Shown piece by piece: positions 37,990 through 49,760 of a DNA stretch of 64,000 nt. Source of the DNA: Macrostomum lignano (lineage: Eukaryota); contig NIVC01000268.1 of assembly GCA_002269645.1 (NCBI GenBank), positions 62,001-126,000 of the forward strand, written 5' to 3'. A program made the position numbers and the translations under genes. Under the pieces are notes generated by a model. The model was not told the DNA's origin. It searched no databases and was given only the letters and a program-made list of their open reading frames with translations. How positions within the stretch are numbered: position 1 is the stretch's first letter; each line of letters opens with the position of its first letter.

Positions 37990-38315
37990 TAATAAGACAT
38001 TTTTTATCAATTTTTCGAGGTCAACGGACCCCCTTGCCCTTCCTCTAAAATCCTGGATAACAACCTGGCAGGTAAAAAAGTATGACATTTTTTTAATTTC
38101 CCAGGGCCATAAATCGTAGCCCTCTGATTTTCTCGTGAGGGGTCATCTGACCCCTCTCTGGTTTACTTGAAAGGTGGTCATCTCCCCCTCTGATTTACTC
38201 GACGGGGGGTCATCTGACCCCGTTGCCCCCCACCCACCCTGAGCCGTGACACCCTCAGTGAGGGGGGTCAGTTGACCCCGTTACGCCCTCTAAGTAGCAA
38301 CCAAAGGCCCTTAAC
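37990..38315. mobile_element. Possible non-autonomous DNA transposon with repeated GGGGTCA-N-TGACCCC palindromes
   Basis: Palindromes at about 38138-38155, 38205-38221 and 38262-38279; TTAA near both ends. Termini are not clearly resolved. Confidence 0.35.
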
Positions 38316-39149
38316 ATAGCTTCTTCCTAATTCTTAGAGTCCATCTTAAACCCATTTGATTTCCTTTGTGTTGAGTCAGCTGGCTTCCCCATTCTTTTGA
38401 CCCCTGTCTATTGGCTTCTCTATTCGATTGAAACAAGCAATATATTGGCTAAATGCAGACTAATGGTATAAATACTCTTTTTAAAGATTTATGTGTCAAT
38501 TTTCTGTCAATCAATGAAGAATTCCATTATCAGAGAGACAGTATATTTAATTGTCCTTATCTGTAAATTTTGCGCAGTATAATTATCTAAAGCACACGTC
38601 AAGAAAAAATTCGCTATCTACTACTTTAAGTTGTCAAGACTGAGTAGTGTACTGCGGTTAATTGCGGTTAATTTGTAATCGTTGTGTTTTTAATTGTGGT
38701 AAAGATTTTTCTATGTAAAAACAGTTATTTTTTTCTAATTAACGTGCATTACGTGGGAGTTGTTTGGTGAAGATGTTTGATTCTTTGTGCTAGCGATTTA
38801 AAATATTTGTAATAATTGTTATTAAGTCTTACGTGCGACTTTCATCTTTACTTATTTGTAAATCAAATTTCGTTGATAAATTAATTTGGAATCAGTCCTA
38901 TACAGTAATAATTTAGTTTAATATTTTTCTCCCAAGAATTATTTCTAAATTAAATTCCCGTCTCGCGAAATCTCCGCGTTCTACGTGTTTTTCTAATTCA
39001 GTATTTGATAACTATTTTTATATAGATTCCGCAATTGATATCCAATTTTTGTTCGAATGCACGCTAAATTGTTGAAATATATAAAATTTGCTTAGTTTAA
39101 ACTGTAAAAGTCTTTTAACTTTGGTTTAGATTTTGTTAGTTGTCTTTCT

Positions 39150-41335
39150 AGTTGTTTGACTTCCCGTTTGGACATGTAGGTTGTTTGACTTCCCGTTTGG
39201 ACATGTAGGTTGTTGGACTTCCCGTTTGGTCATGTAGGTTATTTGACTTCCCGTTTGGTCATGCAGGTTATTTGACTTCCCGTTTGGTCATGTAGGTTGT
39301 TGGACTTCCCGTTTGGTCATGTAGGTTATTTGACTTCCCGTTTGGTCATGCAGGTTATTTGACTTCCCGTTTGGTCATGTAGGTTATTTGACTTCCCGTT
39401 TGATCATGCAGGTTATTTGACTCCCCGTTTGGTCATGTAGGTTATTTGACTTCCCGTTTGATCATGCAGGTTATTTGACTCCCCGTTTGGTCATGTAGGT
39501 TATTTGACTTCCCGTTTGGTCATGTAGGTTACTTGACTTCCCGTTTGGTCATGTAGGTTATTTGACTTCCCGTTTGGTCATGTAGGTTATTTGACTTCCC
39601 GTTTGGTCATGCAGGTTATTTGACTCCCCGTTTGGTCATGTAGGTTATTTGACTTCCCGTTTGGTCATGTAGGTTACTTGACTTCCCGTTTGGTCATGTA
39701 GGTTATTTGACTTCCCGTTTGGTCATGTAGGTTATTTGACTTCCCGTTTGGTCATGTAGGTTATTTGACTTCCCGTTTGGTCATGTAGGTTATTTGACTT
39801 CCCGTTTGGTCATGTAGGTTATTTGACTTCCCGTTTGATCATGCAGGTTATTTGACTCCCCGTTTGGTCATGTAGGTTATTTGACTTCCCGTTTGGTCAT
39901 GTAGGTTACTTGACTTCCCGTTTGGTCATGTAGGTTATTTGACTTCCCGTTTGGTCATGTAGGTTATTTGACTTCCCGTTTGGTCATGCAGGTTATTTGA
40001 CTCCCCGTTTGGTCATGTAGGTTATTTGACTTCCCGTTTGGTCATGTAGGTTACTTGACTTCCCGTTTGGTCATGTAGGTTATTTGACTTCCCGTTTGGT
40101 CATGTAGGTTATTTGACTTCCCGTTTGGTCATGTAGGTTATTTGACTTCCCGTTTGGTCATGTAGGTTATTTGACTTCCCGTTTGGTCATGTAGGTTATT
40201 TGACTTCCCGTTTGATCATGCAGGTTATTTGACTCCCGTTTGGTCATGTAGGTTATTTGACTTCCCGTTTGGTCATGTAGGTTACTTGACTTCCCGTTTG
40301 GTCATGTAGGTTATTTGACTTCCCGTTTGGTCATGTAGGTTATTTGACTTCCCGTTTGGTCATGTAGGTTATTTGACTTCCCGTTTGGTCATGTAGGTTA
40401 TTTGACTTCCCGTTTGGTCATGTAGGTTATTTGACTTCCCGTTTGGTCATGTAGGTTATTTGACTTCCCGTTTGGTCATGTAGGTTATTTGACTTCCCGT
40501 TTGGTCATGCAGGTTATTTGACTTCCTGTTTGGTCATGTAGGTTATTTGACTTCCCGTTTGGTCATGTAGGTTATTTGACTTCCCGTTTGGTCATGTAGG
40601 TTATTTGACTTCCCGTTTGGTCATGTAGGTTATTTGACTTCCCGTTTGGTCATGTAGGTTATTTGACTTCCCGTTTGGTCATGTAGGTTATTTGACTTCC
40701 CGTTTGGTCATGCAGGTTATTTGACTTCCCGTTTGGTCATGCAGGTTATTTGACTTCCCGTTTGGTCATGTAGGTTATTTGACTTCCCGTTTGGTCATGT
40801 AGGTTATTTGACTTCCCGTTTGGTCATGTAGGTTATTTGACTTCCCGTTTGGTCATGTAGGTTATTTGACTTCCCGTTTGGTCATGTAGGTTATTTGACT
40901 TCCCGTTTGGTCATGTAGGTTATTTGACTTCCCGTTTGGTCATGTAGGTTATTTGACTTCCTGTTTGGTCATGTAGGTTATTTGACTTCCCGTTTGGTCA
41001 TGTAGGTTATTTGACTTCCCGTTTGGTCATGTAGGTTATTTGACTTCCCGTTTGGTCATGTAGGTTATTTGACTTCCCGTTTGGTCATGTAGGTTATTTG
41101 ACTTCCCGTTTGGTCATGTAGGTTATTTGACTTCCCGTTTGGTCATGTAGGTTATTTGACTTCCCGTTTGGTCATGTAGGTTATTTGACTTCCCGTTTGG
41201 TCATGTAGGTTATTTGACTTCCCGTTTGGTCATGTAGGTTATTTGACTTCCCGTTTGGTCATGCAGGTATTTATGTTTATTTGACTTCCCGTTTGGTCAT
41301 GCAGGTTATTTGACTTCCCGTTTGGTCATGCAGGT
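39150..41335. repeat. 29-bp minisatellite (GACTTCCCGTTTGGTCATGTAGGTTATTT), about 75 copies
   Basis: Period 29; 377-bp higher-order unit in the 5' half. Confidence 0.97.
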
Positions 41336-41548
41336 TCTTAGAGACGACCCAGCATTACTTTCTATTCCTAACTAACTATTTTATTCAGCTTTTAATTCAA
41401 AAGCATTGTCTTGATGAATTTTTTCAAATTATTTAACAATCATTTCGAATATTGAATGCATGCTTTTCTGTTTCGACGAAAAAGACTCAAAGATAATCGC
41501 TTGCTAAAATTAATCTGAAGCAAACAGTTGGTCATTAGCATCAAGAAC

Positions 41549-41848
41549 ATGGCTCTGCTCGGCCCGAAATTGTCAGTCTCACTGCTTGTACTGTCAGTGT
41601 GGGGCATTGTGATGCTGCTACTGCTTGGCATATTTGCCCGTGTCAATGCGGTAGCTCTAGCCGAAGATATCTACTTTGACCAGGCGAAATGGGCCAGCTC
41701 TGGCTACAGTTATCAATACATTGACGATCGGTACAAGCAGTTATCTAATAATTGCTTCATCGCTGCCGGCATCTACGTACTGCTATTGGTATTTAGCGGC
41801 ATTCAGTATCGATTGAATATGGTGAATAGTTATGCGGCCCCTAATTAA
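41549..41848 (+). CDS. RNASEK: Ribonuclease kappa / V-ATPase subunit f, intronless, 99 aa
   Basis: MALLGPKLSVSLLVLSVWGIVMLLLLGIF...AEDI...NCFIAAGIYVLLLVFSGIQYRLN matches the RNASEK two-TM pattern (GPKL..C..VLS.WG..ML..LGIF; NCFIAA..Y). ATG at 41549. Confidence 0.93.
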   Translation: MALLGPKLSVSLLVLSVWGIVMLLLLGIFARVNAVALAEDIYFDQAKWASSGYSYQYIDDRYKQLSNNCFIAAGIYVLLLVFSGIQYRLNMVNSYAAPN

Positions 41849-42784
41849 GCAAATTAATTAATAGACTATTTATTAAACTGGAAAAACATTTTTGGGTCTT
41901 TTTTGGTGTTTCTTTTGATTATAGTGTAGTACGCAACCTGGGTATTGTGTTCTTGATTGATCAATAATAATTATCTAATTTGATTTTATTTTCTTGCTAA
42001 GAGAGGAAAAGAGTTCAATTTTTTTCCGTTGTGTATCCTTAGCTAATTTATTATTATTATAATGTTCCTCTGCGTAACTATTATATAATTATAAAGCTTT
42101 TTCAAGCTTACATTGCATAATATTTTTGTTCGCTAGAGACTCCTTACGGACTTCTTATTCAGACAAAATTGAATTTATATTACATTGGCATATAATTATA
42201 TCCTTTGTGTGTTATAACTAATTGCATTGTAAAACTATTTTTTCTTTAATCTTTTAACTATCTGTCGTTAAGCTTGTGTCAGTCAGTAATAGGGTAGTAG
42301 ATCTCGTATAATCTAGCATAGCCCTCGCATGCAAAGTTAAAAACAGCCGTTCAAGTTTGAAAGCCCAGCCTTTCTTATCTCTGTTCGGTAGCAGAAATTT
42401 CCCGTGTAAATTCAACCAATATTACTAATTTATTTATGCACCGGTATTATACAATATGTATATGAAATTGGATTTTAATCAAGTTGTTAACTAACTCTCT
42501 TTAAAATGTTCTCGTGTCACTGTTATCACACCTCATCGTATAGACTATAAGTATATTAATGTTGATAACTATTTATCATCACATTAACATTCTTCTTTGA
42601 CTACTTGAATAATTTTCATTTTTTCATCTTTGTAATGGTCTATTTCTTGGAAATTTAGTCTAGAAAAAGATTGTTATTGCGTGCAAGCATTTGTTAGGCA
42701 ATGTAAAAGTGTTTATGTAGAATACTAGGCATGATTTTTCATGTGTACCTTATTCACATATCATTTTACGTTACCGATCTAATA

Positions 42785-43130
42785 GACAGACAGATTCACA
42801 CACTACTAGACAGATTCACACACTACTAGACAGATTCACACACTAATAGACAGATTCAAACACTAATAGACAAATTCACACACTAATGAACAGATTCACA
42901 CACTAATAGACAGATTCACACACTATTAGACCCATTCACACACTAATAGAAAGATTCACACACACCATTAGACAAATTCACACACACACACCAATAGACG
43001 TTCACACACACTATTAGACAGATTCACACATAAATAGACAAATTCACCAACTAATAAACAGATTCACACACTAATAAACAGATTCACACACTATTAGACC
43101 CATTCACACACCAATAGACAGATTCACATA
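42785..43130. repeat. About 20-bp minisatellite (AGACAGATTCACACACTAAT)n between RNASEK and OST4
   Basis: Direct repeats. Confidence 0.9.
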
Positions 43131-43284
43131 TTAAAGTTCAGATAGAAGCAGGTAGTTAGTTACGAATGCTAATATTTTAGACCTATAAGTCCTATAACTG
43201 CTCATTATGTTTTCAATAATCGTGCTCAAGTAAAAACAATACATTGCATGCGCTAAAAGCAAGCAGCAATACACCGGACCCATC

Positions 43285-43398
43285 ATGATCACGGACGTGC
43301 AGCTGTCAATCTTTGCCAATCTGCTCAGCGTATGCCTGTTCCTGTTGGTCATACTCTATCACTACATATCGGTCAATAGCGGCAAGAAAGCCGATTAA
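43285..43398 (+). CDS. OST4: Oligosaccharyltransferase subunit 4, 37 aa micropeptide
   Basis: Manual translation [37 protein letters not shown] closely matches human OST4 ([37 protein letters not shown]). Absent from the ORF track. Confidence 0.95.
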   Translation: MITDVQLSIFANLLSVCLFLLVILYHYISVNSGKKAD

Positions 43399-44449
43399 AC
43401 AAGCTGATAAGTACTGAACTAAAGCGGAAATCGATTTATTGTTTATAAAAACAGACTGTTAATGTACTTTTGAATGGTAGTAAATCTTCTCAATTTTAAT
43501 CATTTTTCTGATACTTGCTGTTAATGTCTGTTATTTGCCTTCTTTCTGCTTGTTCTAGTTAAATGGTGGTTTGTTGCTGTTATGAATAGTATAATAGATT
43601 TCCTCTGTTTCTGATAATAACTGTTGCGTCTATCAATATAGCTTATTGATTGATAATAATAATAATAAAACCAGTCAAAGTAAGTGTGCATCGTGCAATT
43701 ATTTGTGCCAAAACAAGTCGTAGTTTATATTAGTCACGCTATTATGGTAATATTAGTCTACGCTTATATTATGTATACGGTAAACTATTTATAGTCACAA
43801 TTATTTCTCTCGATCAAAAAACACCGACAAGGTGATATGCGCGAGTAACTAAGTAGTACTAAAACTAATTTAATCGAACTATTAATTATACGGTTTCTCT
43901 GGAGAGATTTTTAATTATACCGCCTTTAGTAGCAATCATTATGATGTCTCTGTGTTGTTTTATTTCTCAACTTTTTCTTTCGCGTTGATTTATTATTAGG
44001 TTAAACCATTAGATATTCACAATAGACGAACATTAGTTTATTAGTTAAAAAGTACATGTCGTGAAAGTGTTGGGTAAACAGAAAACCATAAACCCTATTT
44101 ATTGAAGTGGTTCTACTGACAACGTCTTCTTGCCCCTTTTCCAGCTTAAGAGGCACTTAAAAATTGGGTGTTTTCTTTCCTGAAATTGAAGCACCAGTTT
44201 AGGTCAAGAAGGCTTTGAGTAGCAAAATCGGTTTTTCTCTTCCTACCGCCCGCCCTGTCTATCTTGCACTCTTTCAATAAACAGAAATCAATACCTAAAG
44301 CCTTTTTACCCCCTCAATCTCTGAGTTCCTTTTTCGTCTCTCTTCGTATGTGTGCGTTACACTACAGGTTTTGGCTATGAATTTGTAATTTATTTATGAA
44401 TCAACATGTAGTTGTCATAGCCTCGGAACATTTTGGCGCATGCTGTGCG

Positions 44450-45055
44450 TTGCAATCTCGTGTCCTTCAGTCTCGTGAGGCTGCTGCTGTCACCTCCAGT
44501 GCCTCGTGTCCTTCAGTCTCTTGAGGCTGCTGCTGTCACCTCCAGTGCCTCGTGTCCTTCAGTCTCGTGAGGCTGCTGCTGTCACCTCCAGTGCCTCGTG
44601 TCCTTCAGTCTCTTGAGGCTGCTGCCGTCACCTCCAGTGCCTCGTGTCCTTCAGTCTCTTGAGGCTGCTGCTGTCACCTACAGTGCCTCGTGTCCTTCAG
44701 TCTCTTGGCTGCTGCTGTCACCTAGAGTGCCTCGTGTCCTTCAGTCTCTTGTGGCTGCTTCTGTCACCTCGAGTGCCTCGTGTCCTTCAGTCTCTTGTGG
44801 CTGCTGCTGTCACCTCCAGTGCCTCGTGTCCTTCAGTCTCTTGTGGCTGCTGCTGTCACCTCCAGTGCCTTGTGTCCTTCAGTCTCTTGGCTGCTGCTGT
44901 CACCTCGAGTGCCTCGTGTCCTTCAGTCTCTTGTGGCTGCTTCTGTCACCTCGAGTGCCTCGTGTCCTTCAGTCTCTTGTGGCTGCTGCTGTCACCTCCA
45001 GTGCCTTGTGTCCTTCAGTCTCTTGTGGCTGCTTCTGTCACCTCCAGTGCCTCCC
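44450..45055. repeat. 46-bp minisatellite (GTGTCCTTCAGTCTCTTGTGGCTGCTGCTGTCACCTCCAGTGCCTC)n
   Basis: Direct repeats. Confidence 0.95.
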
Positions 45056-45899
45056 TCGTTTTCTCAGTGTGAATATATACGATAATTATATATTATAAAA
45101 ATTATGCATATGCACTACGTTCTTTTCCTACTCTAAGAAACATAATGGAATATATAATATGCGAGTAGAAGTGTGTTGGAGTGCAAGTGCAGTGTGAATT
45201 TTATTCCCTGTCACTGCCGTGAGTGCTCTGTCAGAGGTGGATTCTGTTACTCTTCTAGGCCTGAAAACCTTGGCTCCGAGGTGGGGATTATTTTAGATTG
45301 AAGGATGCCGCTCTCGCCAAACCTCCTTCACTGTAGCTGGGTCTTCGCCTTCATGCCCTCGTTCGTTGCCCAATTTTTATTGCCAGTACGACAGCAAGCA
45401 AGCATATAGCTAAGCTGCAGCAATGAATAAATTATAATATTAATATACGTTGATAGAAAAGCGAACATAAAATTGTATACTGGACTTGATTGTACTGTAG
45501 TAAGCATCGGAAATCAGTACCTGTGATGATAATAACCCTGCCTGTATGTTGTACGCGTACACGCGTGCGGCGTTGCGTGCCCAAAAAATGGGAATTCTTT
45601 TCAGGGGAACTGTCACTCTTGTAAAAAACTTCTTAAAACGAAGGGCGGGAAAAATCAATAAAATTCTCCCCCACCTGTATAGTTCCTACCTATGTGCCTA
45701 TAATGCTCTTCTGTCCTCAACTTAGCGTGCGTTTTTTACCCGAGTGCCTTCTTCCAGCCTCTAGGATTGCTTATTCATGCGTAATTATCCCAGGCTTAAG
45801 CTTTTTCCGATGGAAAATGCGTTATATTGGCTAACGCCGAAGACTGCTTTTAAGTGCAGTAATACTTAGGCTGAAATTTGCCCTCCTTTGTGCTTTGCT

Positions 45900-46285
45900 T
45901 GCTGCTGCTGCTGCCATCTACAGTCCATCGTGTCCTTCATGTCCGGTGCTGCTGCAATGTCCAGTCCTTTGTGTGCTTCAGTCTGGTGCTGCTACCATCT
46001 CCAGTCCATCGTGTCCTTCAGTCCGGTGCTGCTACCATCTCCAGTCCATCGTGTCCTTCAGTCCGGTGCTGCTACCATCTCCAGTCCATCGTGTCCTTCA
46101 GTCTGGTGCTGCTACCATCTCCAGTCCATCGTGTCCTTCAGTCCGGTGCTGCTACCATCTCCAGTCCATCGTGTCCTTCAGTCCGGTGCTGCTGCCATCT
46201 CCAGTCCATCGTGTCCTTCAGTCCGGTGCTGCTGCCATCTCCAGTCCATCATGTCCTTCAGTCAGGTGCTGCTGCCATCTCCATC
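45900..46285. repeat. 40-bp minisatellite (GTGTCCTTCAGTCCGGTGCTGCTACCATCTCCAGTCCATC)n
   Basis: Direct repeats; related to the 46-mer array upstream. Confidence 0.95.
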
Positions 46286-47679
46286 AGGTGTTTTACTTAA
46301 TTTCGCTACCATCTTTCTCACATCATTTCGTTAGTAACGCTACCGTCGTCTCCCTCAGGTCTTTCACAAAATCATTCAATAAGCGACTTTCCCATTGGAG
46401 CTTTTTGCTGTATTTTAAAAACTAATTAACACTTTTAGGTCACGCACCGATCTATTTATTTCCTTCGACTTTCTATATGTGTTACTTGTACTTGTTCGTG
46501 TGTGTTTATTCCCATGAGCAGTGTGCTCATTAGCTAGCAACCAACGTTTTCCTGCGGGAATCTCATTAGCGCTCTTGTCTGTGTATATTCAACTATTGTA
46601 GCAAAGAGAGCTTTTGTCTATGCATGTATATCTGATCTCTTTTTACTTTCCATTTCTATTTATCTTGCGAAATAAGTTGCATTAAAAGCGCACAGTCTCC
46701 ATACTAACTAGATTGCTTGCTTGCTGGTTTTTTGGCTCTATTGTATTATTTGAGGCATTGTGCGGCGCTTCTTTCCTATCCATATGGCTATATCCTTTTT
46801 CTCTGATATATCAATTTCAATTTATGTTATTATGCCATTCGCTTGGTTTTTAAGCCTCAGAATAGCAAGCTCTGCCATTTGGTTGAGTTCAATATTTGCT
46901 GCAATTCTGTAGCAGAAAATAACCTTAAATTCTATTGTATCGAACCCATACGTTTTGAAGCACCGCGCCCGAAAACTGAGACTTGAACTCTCTTCTTTGC
47001 TGAAATCCCCGGTTTCAGTGCCTTAATCCCGAAGGTTTGTCAGTTTCGACTTGGCACTTATCAATTCTCTCTTTCGTCAAAGTCCGTCTGTCGCATCTAT
47101 TTTTCCTCTCTCTTATTCGTTCGCTTGAGCAAGCAGCTTACAAAGCTGGGGGTATGAAGGAATAAATTGTTTGCGACTCTCGAGGGAGGCTGAAGGGCCA
47201 AAGCTAATTTGTGCCTACAGGCTTCATTCGATTTTCATTGCTTTAAAGCAACTGTTGCTCGTTTCTTTTCGTCGAAAAAATTTGTTGGAGACAACTTGCT
47301 TGATCGGCACTCACTCTGCTCGCAGTCTATGAAGAGGCTTGCCTGTCCCTTTTCTAGAGTTCGTTATCTCCAAGTGGCTTCTGTGCAGTTTGGGGAAGCA
47401 AGAGAGGAAGAAAATGAGATTCTTGCAAACTGATTTTGCCAGCCAGCTCATTTTTGTGTTGCTTGCTTGGTTAAAGAGAAGACGTCTTCGCCTGTTAGGT
47501 CTCTTGGGAGCGTCTCCGTCTGCTCCATTATGTACTGGTGCTATGTGACTCCTGCAGTTTGAAATTGCTATAACCGAGCTTCCATACTTAACTTATGACC
47601 TTATTTTGAACCGCCGTCTTGATTATCTTGAGTTAGACTACCACTTTTCGAGATCATTTGAGTCAAGTCGCAACTTGCA

Positions 47680-48030
47680 ATTATTCAAGATGCTTTGAGC
47701 TAAGCTGCAACTGTTCCAGATGCTTTGATCTAAGCTGCAACTGTTCCAGATACTTTGATCTAAGCTGCAACTGTTTCAGATGCTTTGATCTAAGCTGCAA
47801 CTGTTCCAGATGCTTTGATCTAAGCTGCAACTGTTCCAGATACTTTGATCTAAGCTGCAACTGTTCCAGATGCTTTGATCTAAGCTGCAACTATTCCAGA
47901 TGCTTTGATCTAGGCTGCAACTGTTCAAGATGCTTTGATCTAAGCTGCAACTATTCAAGATGCTTTGATATAAGCTGCATCTGTTCCAGATGCTTTGATC
48001 TAAGCTGCAACTATTCAAGATGTTTTGAGT
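47680..48030. repeat. 30-bp minisatellite (GATGCTTTGATCTAAGCTGCAACTGTTCCA)n
   Basis: Direct repeats. Confidence 0.95.
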
Positions 48031-49039
48031 AACAATCAGTAATACCTTTCATTTTTTCATCCATGGCTTAGCTCCAAAATTATCAACTCTTATCAAGTTA
48101 TATCGTAACAACACTTCACTGCATTGCCTTCAAGTCTGGACGTCAGCTTTCTGTATTGTAATTAATTTTCTTTTTTAATACCCTATTTGGAAAATGCGAA
48201 ATATATAGTATGAATCAGCTTCAAAGTAAAATATTCTTACTGAGGGCATCGAATTCATATGCAAATTTGGTTTTTATTAGCCGAAAACTTTTCTCAATCA
48301 AACAGTTTTCTATTTTCTCTCTCCATTAACGAAGACGAGGTCTGTCTGCGAGGTTTTATTGATGTATGGGAGAGAGCTATAGAGTATTGAAATATCCTCC
48401 ATCGAGAGAAATCCCTATAGGATTTTTGTTACAGCAAGCAGACACAGTTCGCTGCCTGTTCAGGTTGTCATTCACTAGTTTTTAATAAGCTCTACTAAAC
48501 CTGGGGAGGGGGGCGATAGAGCGCCTGAAAAAATCCTCAAATACGAGAGACAGATGCATAGAATTATTTTCAATCTTTGCTTCTCTCATTCTCTGTCTCT
48601 ATTTCAGTGTCAACTAGGGATTTGCGGATGCCAATTGAAGGGAGGGTTAACCGTCTGTCGTATTCGAACCAGTTCTAGGCCGCATTTTCCTATTAGAATT
48701 TTGAAGCATTAATTAAGCCTTGCATATTGATTAGCTTTCTCTCTGCGGAGCTAGAGAGACGAATACGAGTAGATGAACTGAGAGATAGATTCCTATCTCC
48801 GTTTTGATCTTGGCTAATATATATCGGAGTCTGATTTTCTGCTTTGAAAGGGTTCTTTTGAAAACCAAAATGCCAGCTGGCGTCAGTTAGAAAATTTCAA
48901 CATTAAATAAAAAACCAATCATATTTTACCCTCCTACGCTTTACACTGCTGAGCCCTCTGACTCACAGAAGTTGTAGGTGTCTGCAAAATCCATGTCTTT
49001 TATTATTGGAAGTCCGAGGGCTGTTTGCACCTTGGCGCA

Positions 49040-49335
49040 CTTTAAGCCTTAAGCACTTTAAGAGACATTACTGGCCATTCCGCCGACTCCCCTGAGCAGG
49101 CACACAAGCGCGCAGATACGTACGCAGTCATACGCACAGGCACACCACACAGGAGTGTACAGCGGCCCTAACTTTATTTATCGTTAGGCATGTACACTTC
49201 ACTGTGCCTTGGGGGTTGGCCCTGAAGGCTGTTAATTGCACGAGCAGAGCCAAGTCGAGATTCCAACTTAGCCTCAAGTTAATGCGACTGCACTTGGAAT
49301 CGAGCGCCACGCTGAACCACCGGGCTACGGCCCCC
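49040..49335 (-). mobile_element. Second tRNA-like SINE family, copy 1
   Basis: Minus strand begins GGGGGCCGTAGCCCGGTGGTTCAGCGTGGCGC (tRNA 5'/A-box-like). The body shares TGTACAGCGGCCCT and flanks with 53900-54050. Confidence 0.5.
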
Positions 49336-49760
49336 TGACTCCGTTGTTACAAATTAGTCAATTTTGACAACTGATAGAAGTCGTGAAATCTCTAGATACT
49401 TCAAAATTATGGAGCATGGAACTTTATTGAAAGACATCTAATTAGGCATCCGGGGTCCATATTCAGAATGTCAAACAGAATGTTAAAGTTGATGCGTCCC
49501 AATACACTTATGACAACCTGAGCAACAAAGATTTTCTTGAAAGTTGCAGTTGTGATTGATTGTAAATAATTTATATGCTAACTAATAGGTCTTATTTACA
49601 GACTGTAGTTAATTATATATCATTGTTACTAATAAGACTGAACCATTTATGCCATTTCATGTAATTAAAATAGCACTGCAAACTGAGGCTCGTCGACTGA
49701 ATTAATTAAATATTTGTTTGCGAAGAGTCGTAGCTGCTCTAAATATAGCAGCCCAGAATC

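Noticed and set aside
47658-48032. Cys-rich metallothionein-like ORF (CSRCFDLSCN)n
   Set aside because: Frame read of a 30-bp minisatellite; no convincing ATG start or splice context.
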